This document shows, one piece after another, positions 24,201-35,190 of a stretch of DNA of 64,000 bases (position 1 is the stretch's first letter; each line of letters begins with the position of its first letter). The notes under the pieces are model-generated. The model did not search any database. It was not told the origin of the DNA and saw nothing but the letters and a program-made list of their open reading frames with translations. Position numbers and translations under genes: made by a program. Where the stretch lies: the NCBI GenBank assembly GCA_950097015.1, contig CATNEN010000008.1:744001-808000 (forward strand), read 5' to 3'. This DNA is from Macrostomum hystrix. Taxonomy: Eukaryota; Animalia; Platyhelminthes.

Positions 24201-25905
24201 TCAGTGGTGTGAGGTGTTAAGGTCAGTGGTGTGAGGTGTTAAGGTCAGTGGTGTGAGGTGTTAAGGTCAGTGGTGTGAGGTGTTAAGGTCAGTGGTGTGA
24301 GGTGTTAAGGTCAGTGGTGTGAGGTGTTAAGGTCAGTGGTGTGAGGTGCTAAGGTCAGGGGTGTGAGGTGTTAAGGTCAGGGGTGTGAGGTGTTAAGGTC
24401 AGGAGTGTGAGGTGCTAAGGTCAGGGGTGTGAGGTGTTAAGGTCAGGGGTGTGAGGTGCTAAGGTCAGGGGTGTGTGGTGCTAAGGTCAGGAGTGTGAGG
24501 CTTGTGTTAAGGTCAGGAGTGTGAGGTCTTATGGTCATGGGTGTGAGGTGTTAGTTTCAAGTAATGATCTGCCCCACCTGATGGCTTTGTCCAGCGGAAA
24601 GCCTCGAGAATAGAAAGAGATGAGAGCGTCCACCAGAGGCCAGTCCTCGATCTCCGAGTTGAGTATGATGGACTCCTCGAAGATGATGAGGCGAATGTGG
24701 GGAAATCTACGCAGACGAGTGAGAATTTCTGTCATTGGCTTGGACTTGACTTTCTTGGCCATGGCGCAGAGGCCCAGAAGGATTGGTCGGCAGGAACCGG
24801 GCATCTTCGGAGGCGGCGGCTGGCTGTTCGAACGGCCGCTGTTGCCGCCGCAACCAATGCTGCTGCTGCTGCTGCTTCGGCCGGACAGAGGCGGCACCGC
24901 CGCTGCCGACTTGCTAGACTTTCCTGAAGATTGTCCTGAGGCGGCCGCGTTGCCGCCGCCGCTGCCGCTTCTAGAAGCCGTGAGTTCAATTGAGCTGCCC
25001 CTGCGATGATCGCTGCTGTCGACGACTTCTGCAAATTTTTAGATTTAGAAAATATGAAAAAAAGAAAATTCTGCAGAAGCTTGCCCACCACATAGCTCGA
25101 CGCTTACTTCACTGCTTCAGAATCGAATGAAAAGGGTTGTCTATTTAGAGTACAGTGCTGTTTAAAGTACGCTGAAGCTGGACAGGCTGCGTCATACAAA
25201 ATGCTAAAACTCGTGATAGATGGAGAAGGAGGGTTAGAGTGGCTGAAATAGGCGGCTAATAGAAATAAGAGAGACAGAGCTTTAAGCTTCGCTTTTTAAC
25301 CCCAGCTATGTATTTATACGCCACAGTACTGGCTGGCTGACACACCTACCTACCTGCCCTCCCTGGCAACTACTCATTCCTCCTAAAACACCAGCTCCTC
25401 CATGAGCATAAATACTTCAGTGCTCAAATCCGAAATTAACTGTTCTTAGCCACTGTGTGGAATTGCTATTTTTAGACTCACTCCTATTTTACCTTGTCCG
25501 TTGGGGCAATAGAATACCTCGATAAATCATTAAATAACCTGTGTACATGTAGAATGCTACACTGCCTACACATGGTAGTAAAGGGCAAAGGCGTTGTGAA
25601 TTCGAGCTTAATGCTTATCCCTAGGCTTACACTGCAAAGATAATAACTCCATTAAGAAAAGGTCACGGATTTAGCAAACAACACGAAATAGAACTCGAAA
25701 TACTCCACACAAACTTACTAATTTGAAAGCGGGACTGCTTTGCCGGAGACTTTGCTGGCGACGCCGGAACGGCCTGTGCCGTAGGAGTCTCCGTCGATTG
25801 AATGTTGTTGCCGCTGTCGCTAACAACAACAGTATTGCAGCTCTGGTGTTGCTGTGGACTTTGCTCAACTGCCAACCCTGCTGAGTCAGCAGGCTCCGTT
25901 GCCAT
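12286..25905 (-). CDS. PPIP5K: Inositol hexakisphosphate/diphosphoinositol-pentakisphosphate kinase (PPIP5K/Vip1); complement join(25905..25719,25028..24578,22852..22432,21609..21166,20565..20162,19369..19095,18411..17846,15069..14568,14266..13795,13564..13352,12800..12286); +1 indel at ~19266
   Basis: Kinase (ATP-grasp) motifs: [80 protein letters not shown]. Histidine acid phosphatase-like domain: [60 protein letters not shown]-terminal [14 protein letters not shown] motif. All introns are GT..AG and phase-compatible. Exon 1 and the low-complexity exons 9-10 are less certain than the catalytic exons. Confidence 0.93.
13025..13305 (-). mobile_element. SINE family 1 copy in PPIP5K intron 10
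   Basis: Aligns by eye along almost its whole length with 18748-19052. Confidence 0.85.
13601..13727. repeat. (GT)/(GA)-rich microsatellite (PPIP5K intron 9)
   Basis: gtgtgtgagtgtgtgggaga... Confidence 0.9.
14385..14495. repeat. 18-bp minisatellite, ~6 copies (PPIP5K intron 8)
   Basis: Unit ctctccccgagtctgtca. Confidence 0.85.
15455..15700. repeat. ~45-bp minisatellite, ~5 copies (PPIP5K intron 7)
   Basis: Unit ggatatcactgggaacaaagactcaattgaaggactgacaaagatt. Confidence 0.85.
16170..17757. repeat. 30-bp minisatellite, ~53 copies (PPIP5K intron 7)
   Basis: Unit tactctcaagagatcaacttcaaaatctca. Confidence 0.96.
18582..18655 (+). mobile_element. SINE family 1 head fragment
   Basis: gaggtcaggagttcgatgccc...gaaaacaatttgtgtgcttgtcc. 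Confidence 0.4.
18748..19052 (-). mobile_element. tRNA-derived SINE family 1, near-full-length copy (~300 bp) in PPIP5K intron 6
   Basis: The reverse complement begins GGGTTGTAGCCTAGTTGTTAGAG (A box) and GGTTCGATTCC (B box). It continues with a CORE-like GTGTCCTTTAGCAAGACACTAAC...CACCCAGCTG...ATGGGTACC segment, the CAGTCCATGGACTG palindrome, and an AT-rich tail. Confidence 0.85.
19460..19905. repeat. Polypurine (GA-rich) low-complexity tract (PPIP5K intron 5)
   Basis: Variants of ggggagaagggaagag; almost no pyrimidines on the + strand. Confidence 0.92.
20694..21095. repeat. 54-bp minisatellite, ~7 copies (PPIP5K intron 4)
   Basis: Unit gtcagtttttcacactctagaaacacccgcctcctcaattttgtgcctgccaca. 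Confidence 0.92.
22060..22405. repeat. ~24-bp degenerate minisatellite (PPIP5K intron 3)
   Basis: Unit gagcattatgagaaggggatcatg. Confidence 0.85.
22935..24550. repeat. 22-bp minisatellite, ~74 copies (PPIP5K intron 2)
   Basis: Unit ggtg(c/t)taaggtcag(g/t)ggtgtga. Confidence 0.97.
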
Positions 25906-26881
25906 CAAATATTGCAAGGTCAGGCTTTTTGGCTCTTCAGAACAATTTAGATCTGAAACCGAAAGCCGATCATTCAAGCAGAAGCGCGTCTGTTAAATGT
26001 CTAAAATAAAATATATCTTATATGTAGTCTATAAAGATATATTATCAAATATAGCTATATTATATAGACTTGACAGACTAATTCATTATTCGCTAGAATT
26101 TACAGGTCTTAGCGTGAATAGCTGGATATCTGGGTTGGGGCTGGGGGTTAAGATTTTGGAGTGACCAAAAAGCCTAGTCCTGGAAATGGGGTTAAGGCTT
26201 TGCAACTGCAGTGAAGTTGTGAGGGAGGCAAGGGAAGGGTTAGGACAGAACGGGCCACATGATCTCACATGCACACCCACTTGTGGGGGGGAGAGATTAG
26301 GAGGGGTTTCTATATACATTCAGTGTACGCTTGGCTTGTCCGGGCCGATCGAGGGGTTGGGGTTGCCTCGCTAAGCGTGCGCTTTTTCCTGCTGATTCCT
26401 TCCTTTCCTCCGCCTCGCTCATACCCACACGTGGGGGGAAGTCGACCCGTGCGCGCTTATACACATCTTCCTTACCCTCCGTGACAAAACTCTAGACTTG
26501 AAAAAATTGGGGCAGAAGTGAGTGCACGGCATTCCGTTTCCTTTACTTGGTAATGTAAAGGGCCGCACATTACAACTGCGCTATTTTTATACTCGTACTT
26601 ACCTGTGGATGGATTGTACGTTTCATATGCAAATTCAAAATCGGCTTCACCCAAGCGAATCATATTCCCGATTTATCTATTTCATATCTTTATATATGGG
26701 GATTTCTTATACACGAGCGTTTACGATATTAAAAGCCCAAACCATCGGGTTTGTGCTTCTAGCAACATAAATGTTGTTTATGTGCTTACTAACAAAATAT
26801 TTTATTTCCACAATTCATCGACTCATCGTGTCGCATATTTTTGCTAAGTAAATTATATAAGCTGTATAACTACAAAATGTA

Positions 26882-27508
26882 TAATCAGCAACAGCTAAAC
26901 CCCCCCCCAACTCACGCTGTCACACGGGCACAAAAGTTAAGCAATGTCTTTAATTCTAGTCTCAGTATCGTGTGTAGGAACCACGAGCATGCAAAAGTGC
27001 CGTGACTCGTCGTGTCATCCTGATCACCAGCCGGTTGATGAACTCTTGTTGCAGCTGCTGCCAGGCATTCAGCACCGCCAGTCGCAACTGTTCAGCATTC
27101 TGTGGGGCATCCTGCTGAACTCTTCGCTTTACAAAGTCCCAGACATGCTCGATGGGGTTCATGTCTGGAGACTTTGACGGCCAGTTCAATGTGCGAATGC
27201 CGAGCTACTCCTTCAGCAGCTGCACGTGTGCTGCTCGATGTGGCGCAGCGTTGTCGTCTTGAAGCATGCAGTTCTGCGGGCCGCCAAAGGTTGTCGAAGC
27301 AAATGGCAGAAACTGCTGCTGTAGCAGATCTGCATAGGTCTGCCCAGTTACATTCTGCTCCAGAATGACAAGCTCTGTCCCCCATGCCGCACTTTGCGCT
27401 CGCGTCTGGCGGCGGCAGCCTTCACACATTTCTGAGTCACCGATGGCATACAAAACTTTTGGGCCGTGTGACAGCGTGAGTTGGTGGGGTTTTAGCTGTT
27501 GCTGAGTA
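26882..27508 (-). mobile_element. Internally deleted Tc1-like DNA transposon (DD34E), TA-flanked, ~55-bp TIRs
   Basis: TIRs at 26882-26938 and 27454-27508 are reverse complements with few mismatches, with TA on both sides. The inside encodes only the transposase C-terminus (QDDNAAPH...WPSKSPDMNPIEHVWD...GSYTRY), with 34 residues from D to E and an in-frame TAG at 27205-27207. Confidence 0.9.
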
Positions 27509-30279
27509 TATAAAAGCACGCGCCCATATTTTTATTACATTTGCCAACATTACTACTATGCAGTAGTTGATACATCTTTTGATAATTAAGATTAGTTTTT
27601 GTTTAATTTGTCTCTGGTTCTCTAATTAGAAATGTAAGGAAAATAGTTTAACTTGCATGAGATTTCTTACTCAGCGCAAAGTAAATTTTAATTATCCATT
27701 TGTCAGGAATTCTGATTGTAGGATTTAATAATGTAACAAACTCCTTGTATCAATTTCGCGCGTTTACAAAAAATTCTTAGCTATCTGCGGTTGCCCGGAA
27801 TCGCGATAATCTTCCCAGATTCTAGCAGTTTTACAAATTCTCCACTACATTTTCCAAGACGATTTTTCGTGTTTTCCTACGGGCGCCAATCGGACTTCCT
27901 CTAACTACTAACTACCTTTTTGGCTCCTAATCATTAGCCCACCCCACTAAAAGCTCTTTTAGCGGAAGTCCCAAATCTGCTTTTACTGGCAACAAACCTC
28001 AAGCAACGCCGGGTCCAAGTTGCTGCCTCTATTTGCCGACAGTGGCTCCCGCACCATCCGTCCAGTATTTACCGACACTTCCCCATCTCTGCTAGCCGGT
28101 TCTCCCCAGCTCGCTAAAATGTTTTTTATGGAGTTGGAAAAATAGCCTATAGGAATCTGTGCGCGCAGGTAAAGCTGGAATAGAGTGCCAGACGGCCCAG
28201 ACAACCATGAGAGCCCATCTTTCCATTTCTATAAAAAATAGTCCCAACCGACAGCATGGAAGGCAGGAAGAGCTGAAGAATCCGAGTGGAGTGAAATAAG
28301 AGAGCTGCGAACTGATCCCAAACTGGGCCAGCGCTGCTCGGGGCGGGTCGGCGATTCTGGGATCTTGGCTTAAAGAAATAGCAAATTGGGATTAAATCGC
28401 TAGCAGCTGTCGAGATCTGTATCAATTTTAGGGACAGGAAAATGCGGCAACTCTTCTAATTCAAATCGGGGGCGGAGCAATCTGCAACTGACGTGCCTGG
28501 AAGCCACAGATAACTGCAGCTCTAATTAATGAGAACTCGCTCTTCTCACCTCTGCTCGGAGCAGGCCCTTCGTGACCAGGAACCCAGTCTGCAATTATCA
28601 AAGAAGGCCTAGCTCTGGCTGCTGCAGAACAAAAGCTCATCGGTGCGCCGGGTTAAGGGCGGGCCGTGAGGTTTTCAAGGGAGGTGCGTTCTTTGTGGAG
28701 TCGGGACCACTTGTTCGGTTGGTCTGATGAATCAGCGATGCGTGGATTATTCCGCGAGTCCCAGTTGTAGGGGATTAGACCGAAAGAGGCGTGCACCGTT
28801 TCAGACTGGGCAGATTGAAACGAATGAAAAAATATTGAATAAGGTCACGGGCAGTCCTTATACAGCGCTCATCCACCCGAGACCATCTATGTACTGGCCT
28901 ATTTTGGTCTGCCTGTCATTGTTGTCCACGCATGTTGCCGCCCCTTCCTGCACCCAGTAGAGACCTCAGGTATGAAGACAAAACAGGAATAAAAACTGTT
29001 TTGAAAATCCCGTCTGCGATTTTGACAATTTGAACCCGCGGACTACCTAGATGTAGGGCTGTCTTATACTAGAGTATACGAATTATATTTCCGTATCATG
29101 ACATTGACAGGGCAGAGTATAGAGCGCATTGTGATCGCTTTTACAAGTGGGCTCCACGTTTTTTACTCTTTCTCCGTCTGTATAAACCAGTGAGGAGGAG
29201 TTGAGCTGGCATACAATACAGTCTAGTAGAGTAGAACAAACAGCAGAGTCCATTGCAGCTTCGATACTAAAGCGCCGATAATCACAATCGTTCAAGCCTT
29301 TTAATTCACTGTTCCACTTTGGAACACTCAACCCTCATGCGCCTTCATGCGCTGCAGCAGTGGGGGGCATTGGGACTAGTCTTACCTTCACTGGCAACCA
29401 CTTGTGCTTCTTTACTTGCTCTGTTTAAAGGACGGGCCGCGACCTGGTGCAGATGATGCCTCCTCCGCTTATCCCAGAGATCGGAGGATTTTGAGTCCGA
29501 TATCTGCCTCCACAATCTAGAATATTTACTCTCTTTCTCTGTCTAAAAATGCTCCACTTCAAACTGAAAAGACCACACTTGACCCCTCACTGAAAGCAGG
29601 CTGCAGGCTTATCTCTGCAGTGGCATGTTTTCTGTGCTGTGAAATGGAAGTCAAAGCGGCAGTTTTGCTCGGTAAGCCTCAAAATGCACAAAGATCCCAA
29701 TGCAATGCCAAATAAATAAACGGCGGAGAGTTAGGCAAAGTTGAGCATTTCGTAATTTTTTCACGAGACATCCGACTTCTCAGACATTATATCCGCAGTC
29801 CCACCTGCAGAGGTGACAGGCATTGCAAATCACCTGGTTCTGCAACAGTTGCTTCCTCCGTCACCGGCATGGCCCCCCTAATTTATTAGATTTCTCTCTC
29901 TCTGCGCTCAGCAATTTGACAGCGGAGCCCTGCTTCCGGTGTGGTTTGATTGCTTTGACTAACTAGTAAATTGCAGCACGCACTGTCTGCTCGTGTAGAG
30001 ATAGGAAATTACTTTTTTATCAATGCTACTCAGAATGGGACTCAAATCATGGACTGGAGTCCGGGACATCCGGAATCTGAAGCCACTTTTTGGTAGGATT
30101 GTCAATAAAAGAGCTGCAGAGGTAGAGGATAATTGATTCAAACGAATGGTCCTAGTGTCATTGGGATCTAAATATTGTAAAAATAGAGCTAGAGGAAAAA
30201 ACTGTTATCGTCGTTAACGTTAACATTTAAGATAAAAAAGTTTAAAACTCTAAGATTTTTGTAGGTGTTGTGGCCTCGC

Positions 30280-30357
30280 TAGTCCATGGACTGAACAATT
30301 GTACACAGCGCTTTGCAATAGTGTTGGCATTTCGGCTTTGTGCATCTGGACCAACTG
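30280..30357 (+). mobile_element. SINE family 1 tail fragment (diverged)
   Basis: agtccatggactgaaca...gtgcatctggacc. Confidence 0.5.
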
Positions 30358-31294
30358 GGTTTCGAGTAATTCTATATCTTATCCATCTGTTTGAAAAGGT
30401 AGCTTAGAATCTACTCGTAGCGTCAAACACATTTTATAAACAGTGCGTTTTTTATCGACCGTAAATTTAAAGTTTTTTTCTAGCTCGTACAATAACAGAA
30501 CTACAGTTTGCATCAGTTTACCTTTCATAATCGGGGATACGCGAAATAGGCAACAGAATGTTTGATTGCTAATCCCCTAATCAAAGTCATGAAAGTTTGT
30601 ATACAAAATTTGCATAAAAATACGTACGTGAAGGATCAGGGCACACTTTCTCTCTTCGATTTTCCCTTTTTTGCCTGTGTAGGGCGTCTGTCTAGAGACG
30701 CTAGGGCGGTGGGGTAGCGGCTCAGGAGCAGCAATTGCTCTCCGGCAATAAAAATCGCCATACCCAGTTTATCCCACGACAATAATGGCCACTTTGGTGC
30801 TAGAGAGCCGGCCCACAGCCGACCTCCATGCAATGTCGGGTTGAGGGTGTCATTATTCACACTGCAGTTCTGTGTGCGTTGAGTCAGAGAAATATTTCCA
30901 ATTTTTGAAAGTCACAATCCTCCCTTGGCATGGCATTTGAGCGTGTGACCATGCAAGCAATTTTCAATACAAACTTAAGCGGCTTTCACCACTTCTTCAC
31001 ATTTTTGTGTTTAAAATACGAAATACAAAATACGGACCGACAAAGCGAAACGAAGTCGGAGATAATTAAAATTCGAAAAGACGCCAAGGTTTAAAGCTAA
31101 TGATTACTTTGCAACAAATTTCCGCTTTCTACCCAACAGGAAATTCCTTGTTTATACGAAAACCCATTTTCTATGAAACTCCACTTTTTGGAAATTCACA
31201 AATACTAGAAGACTCACAAATTCGATGAAATTCTCAATTTCTCGGAAATTCTCACTCTATAGGAAACCGCCACTTTCTGCGAGTAGAAAATTCC

Positions 31295-31745
31295 TGATTT
31301 CTAGGAAACTCTATTTTCTGGGATTTCCAGATTTCTATGAAACTCTATTTTCTGGGATTTCCAGATTTCTAAGAAACTCTATTTTCTAGGATTTCCAGAT
31401 TTCTAGGAAACTATTTTCTGGGATTTCCAGATTTCTAGGAAACTCTATTTTCTGGGATTTCCAGATTTCTATGAAACTCTATTTTCTGGGATTTCCAGAT
31501 TTCTAAGAAACTCTATTTTCTAGGATTTCCAGATTTCTAGGAAACTATTTTCTGGGATTTCCAGATTTCTAGGAAACTCTATTTTCTGGGATTTCCAGAT
31601 TTCTATGAAACTCTATTTTCTGGGATTTCCAGATTTCTAAGAAACTCTATTTTCTAGGATTTCCAGATTTCTAGGAAACTATTTTCTGGGATTTCCAGAT
31701 TTCTAGGAAACTCTATTTTCTGGGATTTCCAGATTTCTAGGAAAC
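31295..31745. repeat. 34-bp minisatellite with 134-bp four-monomer higher-order period
   Basis: Unit ctaggaaactctattttctgggatttccagattt; the ctatgaaac variant recurs at 31335, 31469 and 31603. Confidence 0.92.
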
Positions 31746-32351
31746 TTGTATTTAATAGGAAAATAACAGGTATTTGAAATTGATTCTTTCCACAACTCAT
31801 AGTTCCCAAATATCCCACTTTCGTGAAACCCAACTTCATTAATACCCCACTTTTTTAATCCTACGTTACCAAAATCTCCCTCCCTTAAGTCACGCTTTCT
31901 TGAGAAATCCTACTACATGGAGACGCGAATTTCCTGAAATCTCAACTTCCCGAACTCCCGAAAAAGTTTTTCCGCTCAGAAAAAGTTTATTTTTAGCTCA
32001 AAACTTTTTGCACATCTTCGAAGTTCTAAATTTTCTTATTAAAGTGAGGCATTGATTATATAGTACATTTCTGTGAAGATTGCATGCATAATTTATTACC
32101 TTCCATGTTATGTCCAGTCGTCAATATATATATATATATATATATATAAATGCTAATTTCAGCGTCAATCGAAAAGTTGATTGAACTCAGCCACTCGAGA
32201 ATTGCCAATTCGCGGGCTTGAGAAGCTTTGCTCTCGGCTTATTATTCGAAAAATTATTTCCGAAAGTGAAGGCATTACTTCTTCTTCTTCTTCCCTTAAA
32301 ATAATCAATTGAAATTCTCAGATAGATAGAAATCTAGAAACCTTCTTGAAG

Positions 32352-32395
32352 AGGCTGCGTACGGCTGTTCAGTCCATGGACTGGAGGATGCCACC
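32352..32395 (-). mobile_element. SINE family 1 tail fragment
   Basis: aggctgcgtacggctgttcagtccatggactggaggatgccac is near-identical to the other copies. Confidence 0.65.
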
Positions 32396-32579
32396 ACAAA
32401 CCAACCCAGGTTCCAAACCCGGTGAACTACTTTGGGCTGAGATTCTAACTCAAGGACGAAAGAAGTATCGTTTATAGTAGTCCTTTATTAAAAAAGTCAT
32501 CGACTTAAGTAGTCCTTGTTCTAACTCTCGATCTCTTCCCGACCATATATTGATATGGGCTGCAATACCAGTTATAGAT

Positions 32580-32944
32580 GGGGGTGAGTGGCAGAGCGGT
32601 CTAACGCGTCTATCTCTCGCACCAAGGTCCTTGAGCTCGATTCCGCTGCGAGGCCACATTCAGTTGGTGTGCAACCACGGAGAGAAGGCTTGGGGGCTTG
32701 TCGTGCAATTAACGCCCCTTGAGGGCCAACCTCCAGGGCACAGTGAGAGTGTACACTGCATGACGATGAGAAAGTCAGGGCAGATGTACACACCTGTGTG
32801 AGTGTGCGCCTGCGTACAGTGTCTGTGAGCGTGTGTGCTCAGGAGTCAGCAAAATAGGCAGAATTGCCTCCTCACTGGCTGCGGGTCTAGTGTCACCTAA
32901 TGATGTGCCATTGCCCGCAGCCCTCCTGAAATTATTATATTATA
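32580..32944 (+). mobile_element. Second tRNA-derived SINE-like element (Leu/Ser-type head)
   Basis: A-box-like GTGGCAGAGCGGTCTAACGCG, B-box-like GAGCTCGATTCC, GC-rich body, (ATT)n tail; TTATAG occurs on both flanks. Only one copy is in the window. Confidence 0.5.
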
Positions 32945-33744
32945 GCATTCAGTAATGAGATAGATATATACGATAGAAATATCTTCAACGAAGTGCTGTG
33001 ATTGTACGCGTGTCGGCGCTTCAAACATGAAAGTAAGCCTTCTTATCCTTTTAGGATCATTTTAGCCAGCTTGCTCAGAATAGGATAGCTCAAAACCTAT
33101 GGAACCGCTGACTCAGAGGCTCGATTTTTATCCCCGTTTTCCCAATTTCCCAATTCCCCAAGTGACCTATATAGCCCTCCGTCTGTCTGTCTGTCCGGCC
33201 CTTCTTTAGCCTTCATTAATCTCGAGTCTTTTTTCGTACTGGGCAATCGTACTGGTCCGTGTACCTAGAGCATAACCTCAAAGTTTGTAATCGGATTAGC
33301 CGCCTTCGCTTTGAGTCTACTTTGTCGGGACCTGGATGAGACAGGCAGACGGGCAGATGAGGAGGAGTAAGGGGGGAGAAATATCCTCTAAATGTTGGAT
33401 TCTTCGAATAAAACCTTTACCAAATACATGAATCGTAAAGGCCTAGGCGCCGACTCACCGCTGACTCCGTCATCCACCTCAGTGACTTGCCCAACAATTG
33501 CTGTTTGTCTTTCTTACGGCTGCTGCTTGTGTTTGCCTAGTCAGCGAAATTTATTCCCCTCAATTTTCCCATAGCAAAATTCGAGTTGTTTGCCATGGAT
33601 TGAGTCATGGAATTGTGAACCAACTCTGGCTAGTTAGAGGATTACGGAGAGCACGCGTGGACATTGCCGATAATTTATTGATGAAGAAATGATAAGGTCT
33701 TTAAATTACGGAATGATGAATTTGATTGTCATTGTGAAGGAAAC

Positions 33745-33848
33745 GTCGGGAGTTCGAATGTCAACTCAAAAAGGGAATTCATTTTCGCTCTTGAGCAAGA
33801 CTTAACTTAGTTGCTTCAGTTCACCCAGCTTTTAAATGGGCACCAGCT
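33745..33848 (+). mobile_element. SINE family 1 fragment (B box + CORE)
   Basis: gtcgggagttcgaat...gagcaagacttaac...cttcagttcacccagcttttaaatgggcacc. Confidence 0.6.
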
Positions 33849-34261
33849 TGGGTAGGAATTCATGTGGACTGTACACAGACATTGGATTTGGACTTATACA
33901 ATCTGTGAACGAATCAGATTTCTGTGAAAGTAAAAGGATAAAGTTAGCAATGCTATAGCTAAGGACTACTAGGTTATGGTTATAATATTTCCGGCAAGTA
34001 AGCGATCATTGTGAGGCATGCCCTCTATCGAACTAAATAAATAAACAAGCGCGTCAAAAATGATACATTGAAGGCGCCACAGCTAGAACTGCAATCAGAA
34101 GTTCATTTGATTGATAAGAACTTATGAATCTACTAGCTTATAGTAGGAAGAAGCAGGTTGTCATCAGTCAAGCTGTGGATTCCAATGGTTCAACAGAATA
34201 CATTCAGCTTAATTAGATGGATAAGAATTTCATATATGATTGAACCAAATGCTAAATGTAA

Positions 34262-35190
34262 ACTACAGGACAGTTGGGGTAACAGCCTACAGACTGCGGG
34301 GGTAACAGCCTACAGACTGCGGGGGTTACAGCCTACAGACTGCGGGGGTTACAGCCTACAGACTGCGGGGTAACAGCCTACAGACTGCGGGGGTAACAGC
34401 CTACAGACTGCGGGGGTAACAGCCTACAGACTGCGGGGTAACAGCCTACAGACTGCGGGGGTAACAGCCTACAGACTGCGGGGGTAACAGCCTACAGACT
34501 GCGGGGTAACAGCCTACAGACAGTGCGGGGTAACAGCCTACAGACTGCGGGGGTAACAGCCTACAGACTGCTGGGGTAACAGCCTACAGACTGTGGGGTA
34601 ACCGCCTACAGACTGCGGGGTAACAGCCTACAGACAGTTGGGGTAACAGCCTACAGACTGCGGGGGTAACAGCCTACAGACTGTGGGGTAACAGCCTACA
34701 GACTGCGGGGTAACAGCCTACAGACTGCGGGGTAACAGCCTACAGACTGCGGTGTAACAGCCTACAGACTGCGGGGGTAACGGCCTACAGACTGCGGGGT
34801 AACAGCCTACAGACTGTGGGGGTAACGGCCTACAGACTGCGGGGGTAACAGCCTACAGACTGCGGGGGTAACAGCCTACAGACTGTGGGGGTAACGGCCT
34901 ACAGACTGCGGGGGTAACAGCCTACAGACTGCGGGGGTAACAGCCTACAGACTGTGGGGGTAACGGCCTACAGACTGCGGGGGTAACAGCCTACAGACTG
35001 CGGGGGTAACAGCCTACAGACTGCGGGGGTAACGGCCTACAGACTGCGGGGTAACGGCCTACAGACTGCGGGGGTAACGGCCTACAGACTGCGGGGGTAA
35101 CAGCCTACAGACTGCGGGGGTAACGGCCTACAGACGGCGGTGATAACAGCCTACAGACTGCGGGGGTAACAGCCTACAGACTCAGGAGTT
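34262..35190. repeat. 21-22-bp minisatellite, ~42 copies
   Basis: Unit gtaacagcctacagactgcgggg. Confidence 0.96.

Noticed and set aside
28265-28320. Hammerhead-like CTGANGA...GAAA (also looked at ~14305 and ~60545 on the minus strand)
   Set aside because: Stems I/III and the NUH site could not be formed. A manual scan is not exhaustive, so an Infernal search would be decisive.
29834-29870. Possible alternative first exon of PPIP5K (gccATG-PVTEEATVAEP-g|GTGATT, phase-compatible with exon 2) and a nearby exon-like segment 29386-29514
   Set aside because: It is short, has no homology support, and could arise by chance; RNA-seq is needed.
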